Positions 25,655 through 39,493 of a DNA stretch of 64,000 nt are shown here, one piece after another (position 1 is the first letter of the stretch; the number at the start of each line of letters is the position of its first letter). Origin of the DNA: Narcine bancroftii (taxonomy: Eukaryota); contig NC_091480.1 in assembly GCF_036971445.1 (NCBI RefSeq), positions 82,584,001 through 82,648,000 of the forward strand, read 5' to 3'. Under the pieces are notes generated by a model, which did no database searches, was not told the DNA's origin, and saw nothing but the letters and a program-made list of their open reading frames with translations. A program made the position numbers and the translations under genes.

Positions 25655-25740
25655 CAGGAACTCTGTCTTGTTCTTCTCTAAACAGCAACCAGCTGGCATC
25701 TAATTCTGTCTTGGTTTTTAAATAAAGCAAGCAAGATTTT
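25655..25740 (-). other. DHX58: Putative 5' non-coding first exon of DHX58 (5' boundary approximate)
   Basis: Strong donor CTG|GTGAGT at 25655/25654, about 100 nt downstream of an ISRE. Coding exon 1 has a splice acceptor, so an upstream exon is expected. Confidence 0.5.
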
Positions 25741-25755
25741 TTTCTCTCGGGTTCA

Positions 25756-25802
25756 GGAACAGAAACTGAAACGACTGATAAATGTGTCATGCAACTGAAA
25801 CT
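25756..25802. promoter_or_regulatory. Proximal ISRE/IRF-E in the DHX58 promoter
   Basis: GGAACAGAAACTGAAAC (core GAAACTGAAAC at 25762-25772), plus a second half-site AACTGAAACT at 25793-25802. Confidence 0.7.
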
Positions 25803-26533
25803 GTAGGGCTCTTAAAAAGGGGTATAGTGACTACCAATATTAAATGTTCAACATTTCAAATTTAATGTTAGTGGAATTTGAATTGAACAAAACCCCAATA
25901 TTTTTCTCACAGATAACACATTTGTTCTACACCAGTGGATTGAAGAGACATTGATCACAATTTAAATTTTCAGGCTGCAGGGGAATGGATTCTGCCATTG
26001 AATTTAACGCTTTGCTTTCTTTTCTACCAATAAATTATATAAATGCATGAACCATTTTCAAAATTGGTGCAATTAAGTGAATTATTTTAGGTTTAAGTAA
26101 GTAGTCAGAAGCTCATGACAAAAATATTCTCATTTTACAGCAGTTGATTATTGTAGCCATAATCTGGAGGGGCTCAGCCGGTCTCGCAGTGCCCGTCGGA
26201 GGTAAAGATACATTACTGACATTTTGGCCCTCAAAGTATGAGCAAAAAAAAAGAGACAGGCGTCTGTGTTAAAGGCTAGGAGTAAAATGTGAGGGGGAGG
26301 AGTACAGATTGTTGCAGGCTTGTTATTTTTTAATGAGTTAATTTGGGGATTGGAACAGTGTGCAACATTTACAAATTTCACAATAACATTTTGAAATAAA
26401 CACAGAGGCATCTATGTTCATAGTTAATGCTCTCAACTAAAGACTATAACAATGGATTGTTTACCTAAGGAAAAGCCTTTTGATGAGAAGAGAAATTATA
26501 ATAAGGTTATATGTTTATGACTCATGCTTTTTG

Positions 26534-26550
26534 GAAATTGAAACTGAAAC
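26534..26550. promoter_or_regulatory. Distal triple-GAAA ISRE/IRF-E
   Basis: GAAATTGAAACTGAAAC has three GAAA cores with 2-nt spacers, about 0.8 kb upstream of the proximal site. Confidence 0.65.
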
Positions 26551-27329
26551 CAGTATTGATCAAGCAAGTCATGTGATTGAGACATTTGAAGAAGCAGCAT
26601 TCAGGATCATGAGCCAGACAGCGGAATAGACAGAAATGAAGTAACTTTGTGTGAGATGATCACTGCTGTTGTTTTCTCCTTGTCAAGGAAGAAATAATGA
26701 TCTTCTCTGACCATTGTAATGGTCATTTTGATTTACCCATGTCTGAGTAAAGGAAACAGGATCATTCCTATATTAGGATCATGATCATTCTAATGGTTAT
26801 TTCACTTAACTCTTGCCTGAGTTTATGGAAGCACAAATTTCTTAACCCCCTATGCAAGGAAGAGATGAGTTGTGATAATCATTTGTATGAAAGAATGTTT
26901 TACTGGAAGCAACTCAATAAGGATTCATGAGCTTTGAGAAGTCTGATGACTTGGTGTCTCACCTACTTTATAATTACTTCTGAAAATTAATTTAAAGGTT
27001 CTGAGTTTCAGCACAGGATTTCTAAAACTGAATTTTGAATTGACTTATCAGAATTGTTACTAAGCTGCAATAGTTTGGGTAATACATATACACATTTGCG
27101 CATAGTTGGGGTTAAGTTTAGATTTAAGTAAGATGCTATATTATTAGTAATTATTAATAAAAATATTGTTTTAAAAATATAATTGTCCTGGTGAATTTCT
27201 ATTGTTCCTGGTCTATGATGTAACAAGAGCAACAGACAAAAAGTGTGAATTGGATATGATAAGAGGACAGGAGAGAGCAAAAGTGAGAATTGATTTTATC
27301 TCTGTGAAAGGAGACAGAGGGAAAGGGGG

Positions 27330-27490
27330 GAGAGAGAGAGAGCTAGAGAAAAGGATACATAGGGAAAGATGGTGAGTGTGGATTTCTAATGAAAACTAGA
27401 GAAGCTGATGTTAATGCCATTTGGTTAGAGGGTGCCCAGAAGAAATACGAGGTATTGTTCCTCCAATTTGCAGGTGGTCTCAGTCTGCCA
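27330..27490 (-). mobile_element. Penelope-like element GIY-YIG C-terminal remnant
   Basis: Minus strand reads KLEEQYLVFLLGTL*PNGINISFS. Confidence 0.7.
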
Positions 27491-27989
27491 AAGAATAGGA
27501 TGATGAATTTAAATGGGTGGTGTTCAAGAATAGTTTCAGTGGGTTCAAAGAGAATCAAGATTGGACACATGTTGTCAAGAAACAGTGGGGTTTATTTATG
27601 CACAGGGGAATTCATAAAAGGGCACACACTCACATAGAATAACCCAGAATAATTCACAAATAACCACATCAGATCACTTTACCTGTAGCCAGGAAATGTA
27701 CAACAGGGACATGGAAATCTGACTCCCATCTTCTCAATGGTAGAAATGAACAGTTGTGTTCCTCTTGAAAAGATCACATGTATTCTTAGAAGGGGATACA
27801 ACACCTTCATGAAAATTTGGCAGCCTTACCTAGAATATATATAGGCACTTCAATGACACCACTATAGGGATGTGATAATTTCTGGTTAGCCAAAAGACCT
27901 TTCCTGGAAGAGAGCCCAATAATCAAGAAACCTCAACCTCTTGCACCACGTCTTTAGTCACGTGTTAAAACTGTATTATCCTCCAATTT

Positions 27990-29040
27990 CTAACCTAACA
28001 CGGGTAACAATCCTGAGATCACAACCATGGAGGTCCTGTCCTTCAATCTCGCACCCATCTCCCTGAACTCTCCTTACAGGACCTCCTCACCTTTCCTACC
28101 CACGTCATTGGTCACTACATGGTCCACGCCATCTGGCTGTTCACCCACCCTTCTGAGAATGCCGTGAAGTTGATCTGAGCTATCTAGAAACCTGGCTCGC
28201 TCCTGAGATAATGAACTGACCTAACTTTCAGGTTAAAAATCCCCCATAATGCTGTCCTTCTGACATGTCTTTTGTATTTTATAATCCACATACCAGCTGC
28301 TGCATGGGGGCCAGTATATAACTGTCACTAGTTTCCTTTCATCAACCCGTAAGGATTCTAATCCTACGTCGGTCATCCTTGGCTGCGTGCTATCTTTGCT
28401 TTCCTGCCATTTCCCCCTTCTTCAGCCCTAGCTCTATTAAACATGCACACCAGGATATTGGTCCCTTTTCGGTTCAGGATGTAACCCATCCTTTTTGTAT
28501 AGGTCGTTCCTTTCCCAAAAAAGATCCCAATGATACAAGAATCCGAAGCCCTGACCCCTGCACCAGTTTCTCGGGCACATTTATCTGCGTGAACTTGCTA
28601 TTTTTGCTCGCACTTGCACGTGGCACAGGCAGCAATGCTGAGACTACCAACCTGGAGCCTCTGGAGGTCCTGCTTCTCAGCTTTCTCCCTACTCTCCAGT
28701 ATTCAGGGCCTCCTTACTTATCTTACCCATGTCATTGGTACCAACATGTACCAAGGGCTGTTTGCCCTCTCCCCTCAGAATATTCTGGTCCTGATTTGAG
28801 ACATCTTGTACCTTGCCACCAGCCACGTAGCACACCATCCGGGTATCTTTATCGGGTCAGTTTTCCTCACACTGGAACCTCCTATCACTGTTAAGTACCT
28901 CTTTTCCCTCTCTGATATAGATATGCTCACTGCCAGAAACCTAGTCCCCACGCTCATTCTCTGTAAAGTCATCCTCCCAAATACTATCCAGAACGCTAAA
29001 CTGGTTGTTCAGGAGAACAGCCACAGAGGCATTCTCTGTG
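27990..29040 (-). mobile_element. CR1 ORF1 (SGNH esterase-like) fragments
   Basis: Minus-strand remnants NWCRGQGFGFLYHWD, VHVGTND and RVVISGLL-like motifs in two pieces (about 27990-28200 and 28440-29040). Confidence 0.65.
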
Positions 29041-29856
29041 ATGTGAAATAATACAGCTGACCATTTATAGGTGGTATGGAAGCTATTCATTTGGACCCTA
29101 ATACTGCAAGAGTCAGACTTGGAATAATCAGAAATGAGTTGATTATTAGGTTACCTAATTTATCACTCTTTTGCAGGCATATAACAATATTACTTTATTG
29201 ACTCTGCAGCAATTTTTAAATGTTATTCTCTTTTATTTGTTGACAGGATGTGGATATCACTGGCAATGACCCAGAATTGAGAGCTATTAAAAATTTAACC
29301 ACTGGCAGGCCTGCAGCCTCATACAGGGGTCACCAACAAAACACAGCAAATTTCTTCCCAATTGTCAAGACCCCAGCAATCTCTTCACTTGCCTATTTCA
29401 AAAATGGGAGATGTATCCTATCTGGTCCATGGGACTTATCCACATTAATACCCCTCAAAGGATATGCCACCTCTTTCCTAATCTCAAAATACCCTGACCC
29501 AAGAATTTCCCACAATGTTTACATCCTTCTCTTTGGTAAATACCAATGCAATTCTTCTCCTTGGTAAATTCCATTTTGTGTATTTTAACTGATTTTAAGA
29601 CTTGTTCTCAACTTGTTTTTAACCCCACTCAGATACCATCTTAAGCAACCCCTTACTAACCACAGAGCACCTATGGCAAAGGGATTACTTAAAGTGGTAT
29701 GTGAGTGGAATGAAAAAGGTTGAGAACCACTGCCATGGGTGCTCTGAGTAAGGGATTAGTTAAGGTGGTATGTGAACGGGGGAGAAAAGTCAAGAACCCC
29801 TGTTTAAATGGGGGCGGGGGAAAAAGATGACAATCTTGAGTGAATTTACTGCTGTA

Positions 29857-29862
29857 TTTATT
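29857..29862 (-). other. KAT2A: Candidate polyadenylation signal of KAT2A
   Basis: AATAAA on the minus strand about 590 nt after the stop codon, at the end of unique UTR-like sequence. Confidence 0.5.
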
Positions 29863-30444
29863 TACAGGAGCAAAATGTTACAGCAAATGTACAAAATGCA
29901 ACTCAGTTTAAAAAAATTACAAAAGCTGAAAGTAGTCAGGCATCTTTGCATCGTGCCTTGTTGTTTACTGACAGGCAATCCTGAAGTCACAGACTCCACG
30001 GAGTAAAAAGTGAGAAGCTCACTGTGGTATACATTTTGGTGAAAGCTTCTGCTTTGTGCAAGTTCCATTATTGATTTCAATAAGTCACAATTGCAACCCC
30101 GTGACTATTTCTGTGATGCGTGTCATCTTTGTGGATACAATCATGTGCTCGATATCCAGGTTGAGCATTTAATGTCTCAATTACTTGTGTACATTTGACA
30201 GTAGAAACTGCATGCAGTGAGATGCAAACTTCAACAGTTAAACATTGGAACACTCTGGATCTTTGTCAAGAAAGCAATGCATTGTGGTATCAATGGCCAG
30301 CCCATGCAATTACCATGATGGCATTCAAACAAATTTCAGTGATCCGTTTAGTGAACAGACTGAATTACAGATTAATAATTTATTCTGCTTTTTTCAGTCT
30401 GCCAGATTTGAGTGTTCAAACCTTCACTCAACTCATTCATGTTT

Positions 30445-30638
30445 TCACTTATCCAAAAGTCCCATTTCCTTGATCTTGAAGTAGAAAAATTTTTCCAGCA
30501 TGTTGGCACATTTGCAGTACTCGCTTTCAGGGGGATTATATTCACGGCAATTTGAGATGATACGCTGAACATCAGCAATAAACAACTTCTTGGAAACATA
30601 GTAACGATTCTTCAGTCGGTCACTCATACTCTTCAAAT
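30445..30638 (-). CDS. KAT2A: Histone acetyltransferase KAT2A/GCN5 exon 18 (bromodomain C-terminus, stop)
   Basis: [64 protein letters not shown]. Acceptor AG at 30640-30639. Confidence 0.97.
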
Positions 30639-31792
30639 CTTAAGCAGCAATGAGAAACAAATTAATCTTTAGCTCATGGAAGGAGATTCTTCTACAATTT
30701 ATTCAAAACAGAGGGGGCAGGAAAATCCAACTGGCTTTTCATTGCAGCACAGAGTTGATGGGCTGAATGGTTGCCTGTGCTGTAATTATACATTCTCCTC
30801 AGGAAGTTTGCATCTTACACAAGATGGCAGCTTTACAATGTTAAATATGTAAACTTATTAATATGTGTTAAATTCACTCATCTACATGGGAGGCCCGTAG
30901 TTATAGACTGTTTTATGATTTAGTACAGTGGTTTCCAAACTTCTGTGGGCTGATGCCCCCTTGCCTCCCAGTCCACATGCCGAGTGCTCCCCTCCATACA
31001 ACGGCGCTGAGTGGAGGGGGTGGCAGCAGTGTGCAGCAGGGGATGGCCGCGGCGCTGAGCAGGGTGTGGTGGTGGCGGCGGTGGCACTGAGCGGGGTGGT
31101 GGGGGAGGGGAGGTAGTGACACCAGTGCAATATGGCGGCCACCGAGATCAGCTCTCGCGAGAACGTCTCGTTGCCGTTTGTTTTGCTTATTACTGCCAGC
31201 CCGACTCTGGCCGCGGCAACTGACAACCCTTCCGGATGCCAGAAAATGACTGCTTCATTAAAACTTTGCGGCAGAATGAATAATAACAAGGATGAAGGTT
31301 CAGACCGCCCCGACTTTTTCCTCACTGTGCCCTGACTGCCCCCTTTATCCTGACCACCCCTTGGATCTTTCCACCGCCCACTTTGGGAAGTTTTCAGAGA
31401 CACTGCTGGAGAATATGATCCCACAACAGTAAATGCATGAAAATCAAACTCAAGTAAAATTCTCTCTTTATAAAAGCAATAAATGAGGCTAATCAAAAGA
31501 TATGTGTTAAAGTGCAATTAACTGCCATGGAATGTAAAATGCAGAATTATATTTTTGAACATATCATGTTAATAAGTCAGTTTTGCCTGGCTGATTAAAG
31601 TTGTGTTAAATTAAGAATCCACTCCAAATCTAAATAATTATTATCAAATATTAAGCTGAATGAATCAAATAGTTAATTAAAAAGCATGATATGTCAAGTT
31701 AATTATCCAAGTAATTACAATCATTTTTTTTTAAATATACACACAAAGGTGTACAAGCTAAAATGAAAATTGAGCAGTTAACACAAACATAC

Positions 31793-31877
31793 CAATTGGA
31801 AATCGAATAATTTCATAGTAGTCTGGAGCCTCAGACTTCTTCACTGGTTCCATGAAAGGCCAAGCACTAGGATGGCT
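31793..31877 (-). CDS. KAT2A: KAT2A exon 17 (bromodomain)
   Basis: SHPSAWPFMEPVKKSEAPDYYEIIRFPI. 85 nt, AG/GT. Confidence 0.97.
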
Positions 31878-32904
31878 CTGTTAAAAAAAAATTAAGTACA
31901 CAAAGTAGTTAATGCAAGAATTAACTGAGGGCATTCTAATTAATAGATACCCTTAATTCAATCCAATGAAGAAGCCGGCAGATGTGACCTTGTAACTCTT
32001 GACATTTTAAGTTTGCGACCATTGCAGAGCTGCTGCTGAGCAATGCCCAAGTAAGCTGGAATTTGCCTGTGGAAAATAAAAGGCTCGCTCCGTATTGCAT
32101 TTTCTGCTCTGGGATTCTGGAAACAGAAAAGCACAGGCAGAGTTGGGGAGAGGAAATACTTTTACATCACATCAACCTGAGTGTGTTGAGTGAAGAGCCA
32201 AGCGATCAGGTGGACTTTGAAGTTTTGACTTCAAAGGTGGTGATGTATTCAAGGTGACGTATTTGCATTTGAGAGTCTGAAAGTCAAAATACCTGAGCTG
32301 ATTTACTTGAACAAAGTTTAACATTATATCAGTGCCAGTTAAAAGCCTGGTTTACTACCACTAATTCAGGATTGAAAGTATTCATTCAATGGATTCAGAG
32401 AATAAAGATGACAATTTTAGCATCATAGAAATGCAACACAGAAAATGCCCCTTTGACCAACCTTCAAGCACCTTTTACACTCAGCCCTTTATTTATGCTT
32501 CACAAATTCTCATCACCTTATGCCAGATGCCTTCATTCACCTAAACGTGAGGGACAATTTACAGTGGCCAACTAACCAATCAATTCACTCATCTTTGGGA
32601 TGTGGGACAAAACCAGAGTACCTGTACCTGGAGGAAGCCTACACAAGGGCAAACCTCAGGCAGAGAGCCTTGGTTAGGATTGAAGCAGAGTCTCTGGCAC
32701 TGAATGGCAGTGGCTCTACCAGTTACATCATCAGGCTGCCAAAATTCACCCTATTCAAGGTTGTGTAGTTTGAATTTTTTTTAAAGTACAAAAAGTGACT
32801 GTATTCAACATTAGAAATTAACCAGAGAGCTATTGCTTTTACACAAGTTAAGATCATTATTTAACCATGTCCCAGGTACACTGCTAGCATGGTGTTCTCA
32901 CAAC

Positions 32905-32968
32905 CTTTATTTGTGCCAGTAGATTTTTCAGTGAATTGTGTAGCTGATCTGGATCCTTCAATTCTTTC
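32905..32968 (-). CDS. KAT2A: KAT2A exon 16
   Basis: KELKDPDQLHNSLKNLLAQIK. 64 nt, AG/GT. Confidence 0.95.
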
Positions 32969-34977
32969 CTGGAATACAAATATGGTAGAAATTGATTAGA
33001 ATGTCCATTAGCATACATTGAATTTCTACAGTTATAATCTGAGTGATGTCTCATTGCTTGGCTGGATTTTGAGTCAAGCATGAAAAGTTGTATCAATTAA
33101 ATATATAGGTGCAGAGAATGAAATGCACGTTATGCTTGCCACATACACAGCATTCATTTCACAATCAACTTTAGACTAGTTGACTGAACAAGAAATCATC
33201 AATTTAAGGTACTAAATGAGCACAAAAGGAAAATAAACTTTCTTTACAAAAGCAAACCATCTGTTCAGCTCTCACTTTCAAATGACAATAAAATCAATAC
33301 GAGTACTTTAGAAAGCAGAAAAGCACTTTGAAAAATAATTCTTAAAGATCCATTTCTTCATTCAATGATGTAACTATCAGGCTAGTATGCACCATACCCC
33401 AAAACATGGTTGGTAACAGTCCATGGTTATGTTTAGATCAAAAAGAATCAAACGGAGTTGATAGGCATATGTGAGGAAAAGTAAATTGCAAGAGTAGAGA
33501 GAAGTAAGAAAGTTCTTAAATTAAGAAAAGAATCATAAATTAAAAGAGGAACACAAGATTGCACCCCTCTGAGCTAGTTCTGATGCAATGGGTCAAATGG
33601 GCAATTTTTGCATCAAATTAAGCACAAATTAGTGCCAAATGCATTGTTCCCTACTGTTGAACTTCAGTTCCGTTAAAAACAATTCATATACAGTTCAACT
33701 CCAATGATCCAAAATTGAATTCTCCAAAATCTTCAATTATCCAATATTTTATTCACATTTTGGATAGATTAGGATATCCTAATCAGAAATCCTCATTTAT
33801 CTAAATTTTTTTTTTTTAAGAGGCCAAATTGACCGGGGACTTCAGACTCCCGTTGCCGGCCAGAATTTTTTTGGTGAGAATTAAATATTATTTTAATGCT
33901 TAAAAAGCCTTTCCTTGTTGTTTGTTGTTGTTTAGACACCGTCACAAGGGATTTGCTGTTACTACTGAGCTGTTTTTAAAAATTGACCAGCTCTCGGAAA
34001 TAACATTTATCCGAACTAGGCCTGGTCCCAACCCTCTGTAGAATCACTGGAAAAAGTAAGGCACAACCACAGCTCCCTTTTAATTAGATTTCTTAAAATG
34101 AATGCAAAAAGATATATTATTTCACATGCATTTGGAATTAGAGAAGACCAAATAAATCAAGCCTTCATTAATGAAAGCACCTCCATTGAAAATGCGATCA
34201 TTCACTGCCCAGAGCAGTGCTAGCCCCCATTCTCAACAGCTGCAATAGTGAAGTGGCAGTTTATAAGAGGCTCTGAATCACATCCAGAAATGCTGTCTGA
34301 TGGCGAGCATTAATTACTACTTTTAAATACCAGGTAATGAACATTCTTTAATTCACTAATAACGACATCAATGTGTGCTGGACCCAAAAATGAAATGCAA
34401 CAATCAAATGTATCATAATGGTTGTAAAAGCAATGAAAAAATTGGTTACAACTTTCATACCCCAAACAAACCTAATATCTGTAAAACTCAAGTGACGAAT
34501 TTATTTACTCAACTGGATAGCTAGATTCAATGCTCAAAATCCAGCACCTCAGGTCAGGTCTGTTACACCTGACACCACATTCATTATTTATCTCCTTAAC
34601 ACCTGATCAATATGGTTAGTGCAGATGTTCCATCAAACTTCCACGACTCGCAAATGCCTCTAAACCGAATCAACTAGTAACATCGGCCAAGGGTAGGAGC
34701 AGCAATACTGAGAATAGCCCACCTTGTTCCCCTGAATGGACATCTCTATTCTTTCAATGTATTTGAGCAAAGATCTGGGAATTTCTTAATTACCAACATA
34801 ACAAGAGCATTATTGGCACAAGCATTCCAGCATATCAAGAAGAATGTTTATCATACTTTGGAGGCGACGATTTTGTCATCATTGCTCACATTTAGTGATA
34901 TTTTTTTAAACATTAACATTTAATTTTTCTACTTGTTATATGGATACAAAATAAAACTCTGGCAAATTGCTCCTTAC

Positions 34978-35014
34978 ACTTTATCTTTGCCACTAGGTTT
35001 CCATCCAGTTTCCT
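34978..35014 (-). CDS. KAT2A: KAT2A exon 15 (37-nt small exon)
   Basis: ETGWKPSGKDK. AG/GTAAG flanks; phases fit both neighbours. Confidence 0.92.
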
Positions 35015-36205
35015 CTGTTGGAGAGAAAAAGGATAATTAATTCTCAATTTAGGTTAACAATTTAAAACAAAACTCTTCTTTGCATCAAGTACATAACAAA
35101 TAATTGGCTTTCGGAGAGATGCTGAACCAACCGAGTAATTTAGCTGCGATTTGCAGCATTGAAAATATAGTATGAAAATATTCAAACATCATTGCACTTA
35201 CTTATGCATTAGGTTTTATTTTAGTGTTACAAGAAGTTTTTAAAAATAGGATTAAAAAGAATTGCTAATGCACAAAGATCTGAAATGCAAATAGAGAATA
35301 TTAAAAAATACTCAGGTCAGACAGAATCAGTGGAGAAAAGCATAGAACATTACAGCATAGAAAACAGGCCCTTCAGCCCTTCTAGTCTTTGCCAAATTAT
35401 TATTCTGCCTAGTCCCTCAGACATACACTCAGCCCACATCCCACCAAATCCCTCCCATCCATGTACTTGACCAAATTTTTCTTAAATGTTAAATTGAGCC
35501 TGCATTCATCACTACATCTGGCAGCTCATTGCATACTCCCACCACAGCATGAAGAATTCCCTAATGTTCCCCCACTTTAGCAATTCTTGAATAATACAGA
35601 GCAATCCAAAATGAATCAAGTTCCAGTCAAGTGATACTCTTGTAGCAACATCATCGGCCTTAATAAGACAGCACTCTCATGTAAATTTGGGTGTCTTTAC
35701 CTAAAATGATATGCACTTTGATCGGAGGCAAGGCAACAAAGATTCATTATAATGGTTCCTGGGATGGCAGGTTTGCTATTTGAAAAGTTAATGAATAAAT
35801 TTAGGACTGTAGTCAGATTTTGGAAGAATGAGGCATTTGCATTGAAATTCACAAAAATATTTATAGGGCTTGAAAGGCACATACAGAGAGAAAGTATTCC
35901 TTCATTGTGTCCGGGGGGGGGGTTTCAGTCTCAAAACAAGGGGAAAGTATTTTACAGTGTTGTCAAGGAGAAATATCATCATTCAGAGGGTGGAGAATTC
36001 TTGCATTTCTTTCTTGCTGCCGCTTCCTACACTCTTAGACTTGAAAATGTTTTCAAACCACTAAGTGATTGGCTACACATCAATAGATAATTCATCTTTG
36101 CATGCTATTCACCGAATACTTCTAGGTAAATATTTACTAAAATTATTACATTCTTATGTTCAAAGTACCTTCAGCATTTCTATTCTTTTGAAATGCAACA
36201 CTTAC

Positions 36206-36320
36206 GAATTCCAGGTATACTCTCAATGGGTATCTGCCGAACTCCTTCCTTGAAGCAGGTGAGGCCTGGGTAAACCTTCCGGATCTGTGCTTGCTTTCTC
36301 TCAATCAGCTTCTTTATGAT
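36206..36320 (-). CDS. KAT2A: KAT2A exon 14
   Basis: [38 protein letters not shown]. 115 nt, AG/GT. Confidence 0.96.
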
Positions 36321-36988
36321 CTGAGTAGAAATTTATTATTTCAATTAGAATAGACAGTAGATATGAATAGCTAGTTCACTTTTGAACATCTGATTTCTGT
36401 GTAACTGCCCAGCGTATGTAGCACTTGACTGGAATTGGATTTATTTTCGACTGCTCGGTATTATTCAAGAGCTCTGGTCTTCAGTGTACTGCATGTTGAA
36501 TTATCGATTTCATGGCTCAACTGAAAGCACTCATCTGAGAGGAAAGAACATCCATTCAAGTCCTGAACTTGGGTACAAAAATCTCTGCTGACAATCCAGT
36601 AAATTATTTTTTTTTTAAATACAGTATAGTAACAGGCTATTTTGGCCCACAAGTCCGTGCCGCCCAATTTGCACCCAATTAACTACACCCCTGGGGAAAA
36701 CGCATGCAGACTTGAGTAAAAGTAGGTTAATGGTCGCCCAATAAGATGTTAAACTGGAGCTACATCTTCTTTCTCAGGTGGACCCAAAAGAACCAAAAGC
36801 TCCATTTTGAAGAGCAGGAAAGATTCATTTCAGTATCCTAGCTAATATTCATCTCCCCTATTCGTCATCATAACTAGAGCAGAGCATTTGGCCCTGATTG
36901 TTCATTCTTCTGTGTGTGAAATTGGCTCAGATTAGTTTCTCCCACCAACCTCACCCTTTACCTTTAGTTTTCCTCTGGAAGAGAAGGA

Positions 36989-37543
36989 CGTCATCTTTTT
37001 GTATATTTTAAAATGTTATACCTCCATTTTTTTTTGGTCGCTTAAATTGTAAATGATCTCCGCTTTTGACCAAAACTATACAAACTTTTCAGTGTGGGAA
37101 CTTGGACAAACGGTCTGCTGGGCTTGTTGTCTTGTTCTGCATTTCACAACTCCTGCTGTCCTTTAACATTCATTTGTGTATGTTCTCACTCTGCAACTGC
37201 TCCCATTTGCTCTTTGACCAGATAATCTTGTTTTCAGTCTTACCCTGTCATCACTTGCTTCCCCTCCTCTGCAAATTAAGAGGCTTTTTTTCCCCCTTCT
37301 TACACGGTTTCAAAAAAGGGTAGTTAATCTGAGATAGTAACTATTTATTTTCCCCACAGATGAAGCCTGACCAATATTTTTACCCTTTCCTCTCTGGAGC
37401 TTGCTCTATGGAAACTGTCTACCGTTTGTCTAAGTTCCCACACTGAAAAGTTTGTATAGTTTTGGTCAAAAGCGGAGATCATTTACAATTTAAGTGAAAA
37501 AAAAATAGAGGTATAACATTTTAAAATATACAAAAAGATGACG
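36989..37543. repeat. Inverted repeat, about 125-bp arms (36989-37114, 37421-37543), about 305-bp spacer
   Basis: CGTCATCTTTTTGTATATTTTAAAATG...GACAAACGGT is the reverse complement of ACCGTTTGTC...CAAAAAGATGACG, with few mismatches. Confidence 0.92.
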
Positions 37544-37680
37544 CATTTCATGTTATAAAATGGGAAGCAAAATAAAAATATTTTAAAAAGTAAAAAATTA
37601 AAATTAAAAACAATGGGAAGCTGGGATTAGTGGGTGCTCACTAGACATCATAATTTGGTAGGCTGCATAACCTGTTTTCA

Positions 37681-38049
<369 letters not shown>

Positions 38050-38087
38050 TCACCAGTATTATATTTGGCCTTTAATTTCTCTCTTTA

Positions 38088-38264
<177 letters not shown>

Positions 38265-39493
38265 TTAAAATATTCATTTTGCTTCATTGTAGGGGCATAG
38301 GGTTCAATGAGAACTGCATTCCAAACTCAGAGATAACCTGATGCAAAAGAGTTTCAACTAACCTTTGTGTATAAAATTCTGACTTGAAGTTAAATAGTTA
38401 CTTAACATTTGAGTTCATCATTTAAAAATAAAAATTCCTGTAATGGAAAGAAAATGGACAAAAATAAATAAAATCCACAGGATCCATCTTCTCGTGATTT
38501 TCTCCAGGATCTCACAAAGACATGAGAAGAAAATGCAACCTGAGCCAAAAGATGCAAAGGGAGGGGTAAGCGAGAAGCTAATCAAAGAGGCAAATCTATA
38601 AGGAGATGAAAGAGGAATGGGAGCTTTCAGTGGCACAGTGCCTTGGGAAAGGTTGCAGCCTGAAATGTTGACCACCTTTTGCCTTCCTTGGATGCTGCCT
38701 GAACCGCTGAGTTCCTCCAGCATGTTGTGTATAGCTAACGGCAAGGTTGAATCAGAATAATGGAAGAGAAGTGAGGTCTCCCAGTCTCAAACTCATCACC
38801 TTTGGGAAGAATCTCAATTTTATCATTTTCCCTACACTTATGCTCTCCAATCTTAACTTTATTCTACCTTTTTGCACTTAACAATTCATATTTGTCAGTA
38901 ATAAATTTAATTTGCCATCCATCTACAAACCCCCATTTCAAACACCCTATTCCACTAGCCTCTAGTAGTCATTGAAATCCATTGATACCATCTTCACAGT
39001 TCAATAAGCTTAAAATATCACGTCAGTACTCAAACCTCTCATGTCTTCAAACCTCTCATGTTTCATACTAATTATCATTTTTATGAAACCAATAAATGTG
39101 CAGTGCACAGTTCCTTGGAGGGAATAAGCCAAAGCCAAAAATGGATAAAGCTTTAAAATATTTACTACAAGTTCCAGCTAGTCAGCTGATAACTTTTTAT
39201 TTTAAACATTGTGCAATAAGACATCAGCCATAAATATTTTATACAAGATGTTATGTATTATGTAATTTTTAAAAAGATTATTTAGTTTTGAATTAATCAC
39301 TGATCATGGACTTTGATAAAGGGAAAAAAGCATATATTTTAGGCCTGGTAGTCATGGACGGACAGCTTGCATTGTTTTTCTAGAGTGATTTTCACCAACT
39401 TATAATAAAGTACTTTACAAAGATCCTCAGTAAATGCTCAGTGGTCTGCCAGATTATGAACATCTTTTACAGACAATCTACTTTAGGGATAGG

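Noticed and set aside
30882-31517. 211-aa minus-strand ORF in KAT2A intron 17
   Set aside because: It is a low-complexity translation across a GC-rich hAT-like insert starting CAGTGGTTTCCAAAC, with no recognisable domain.
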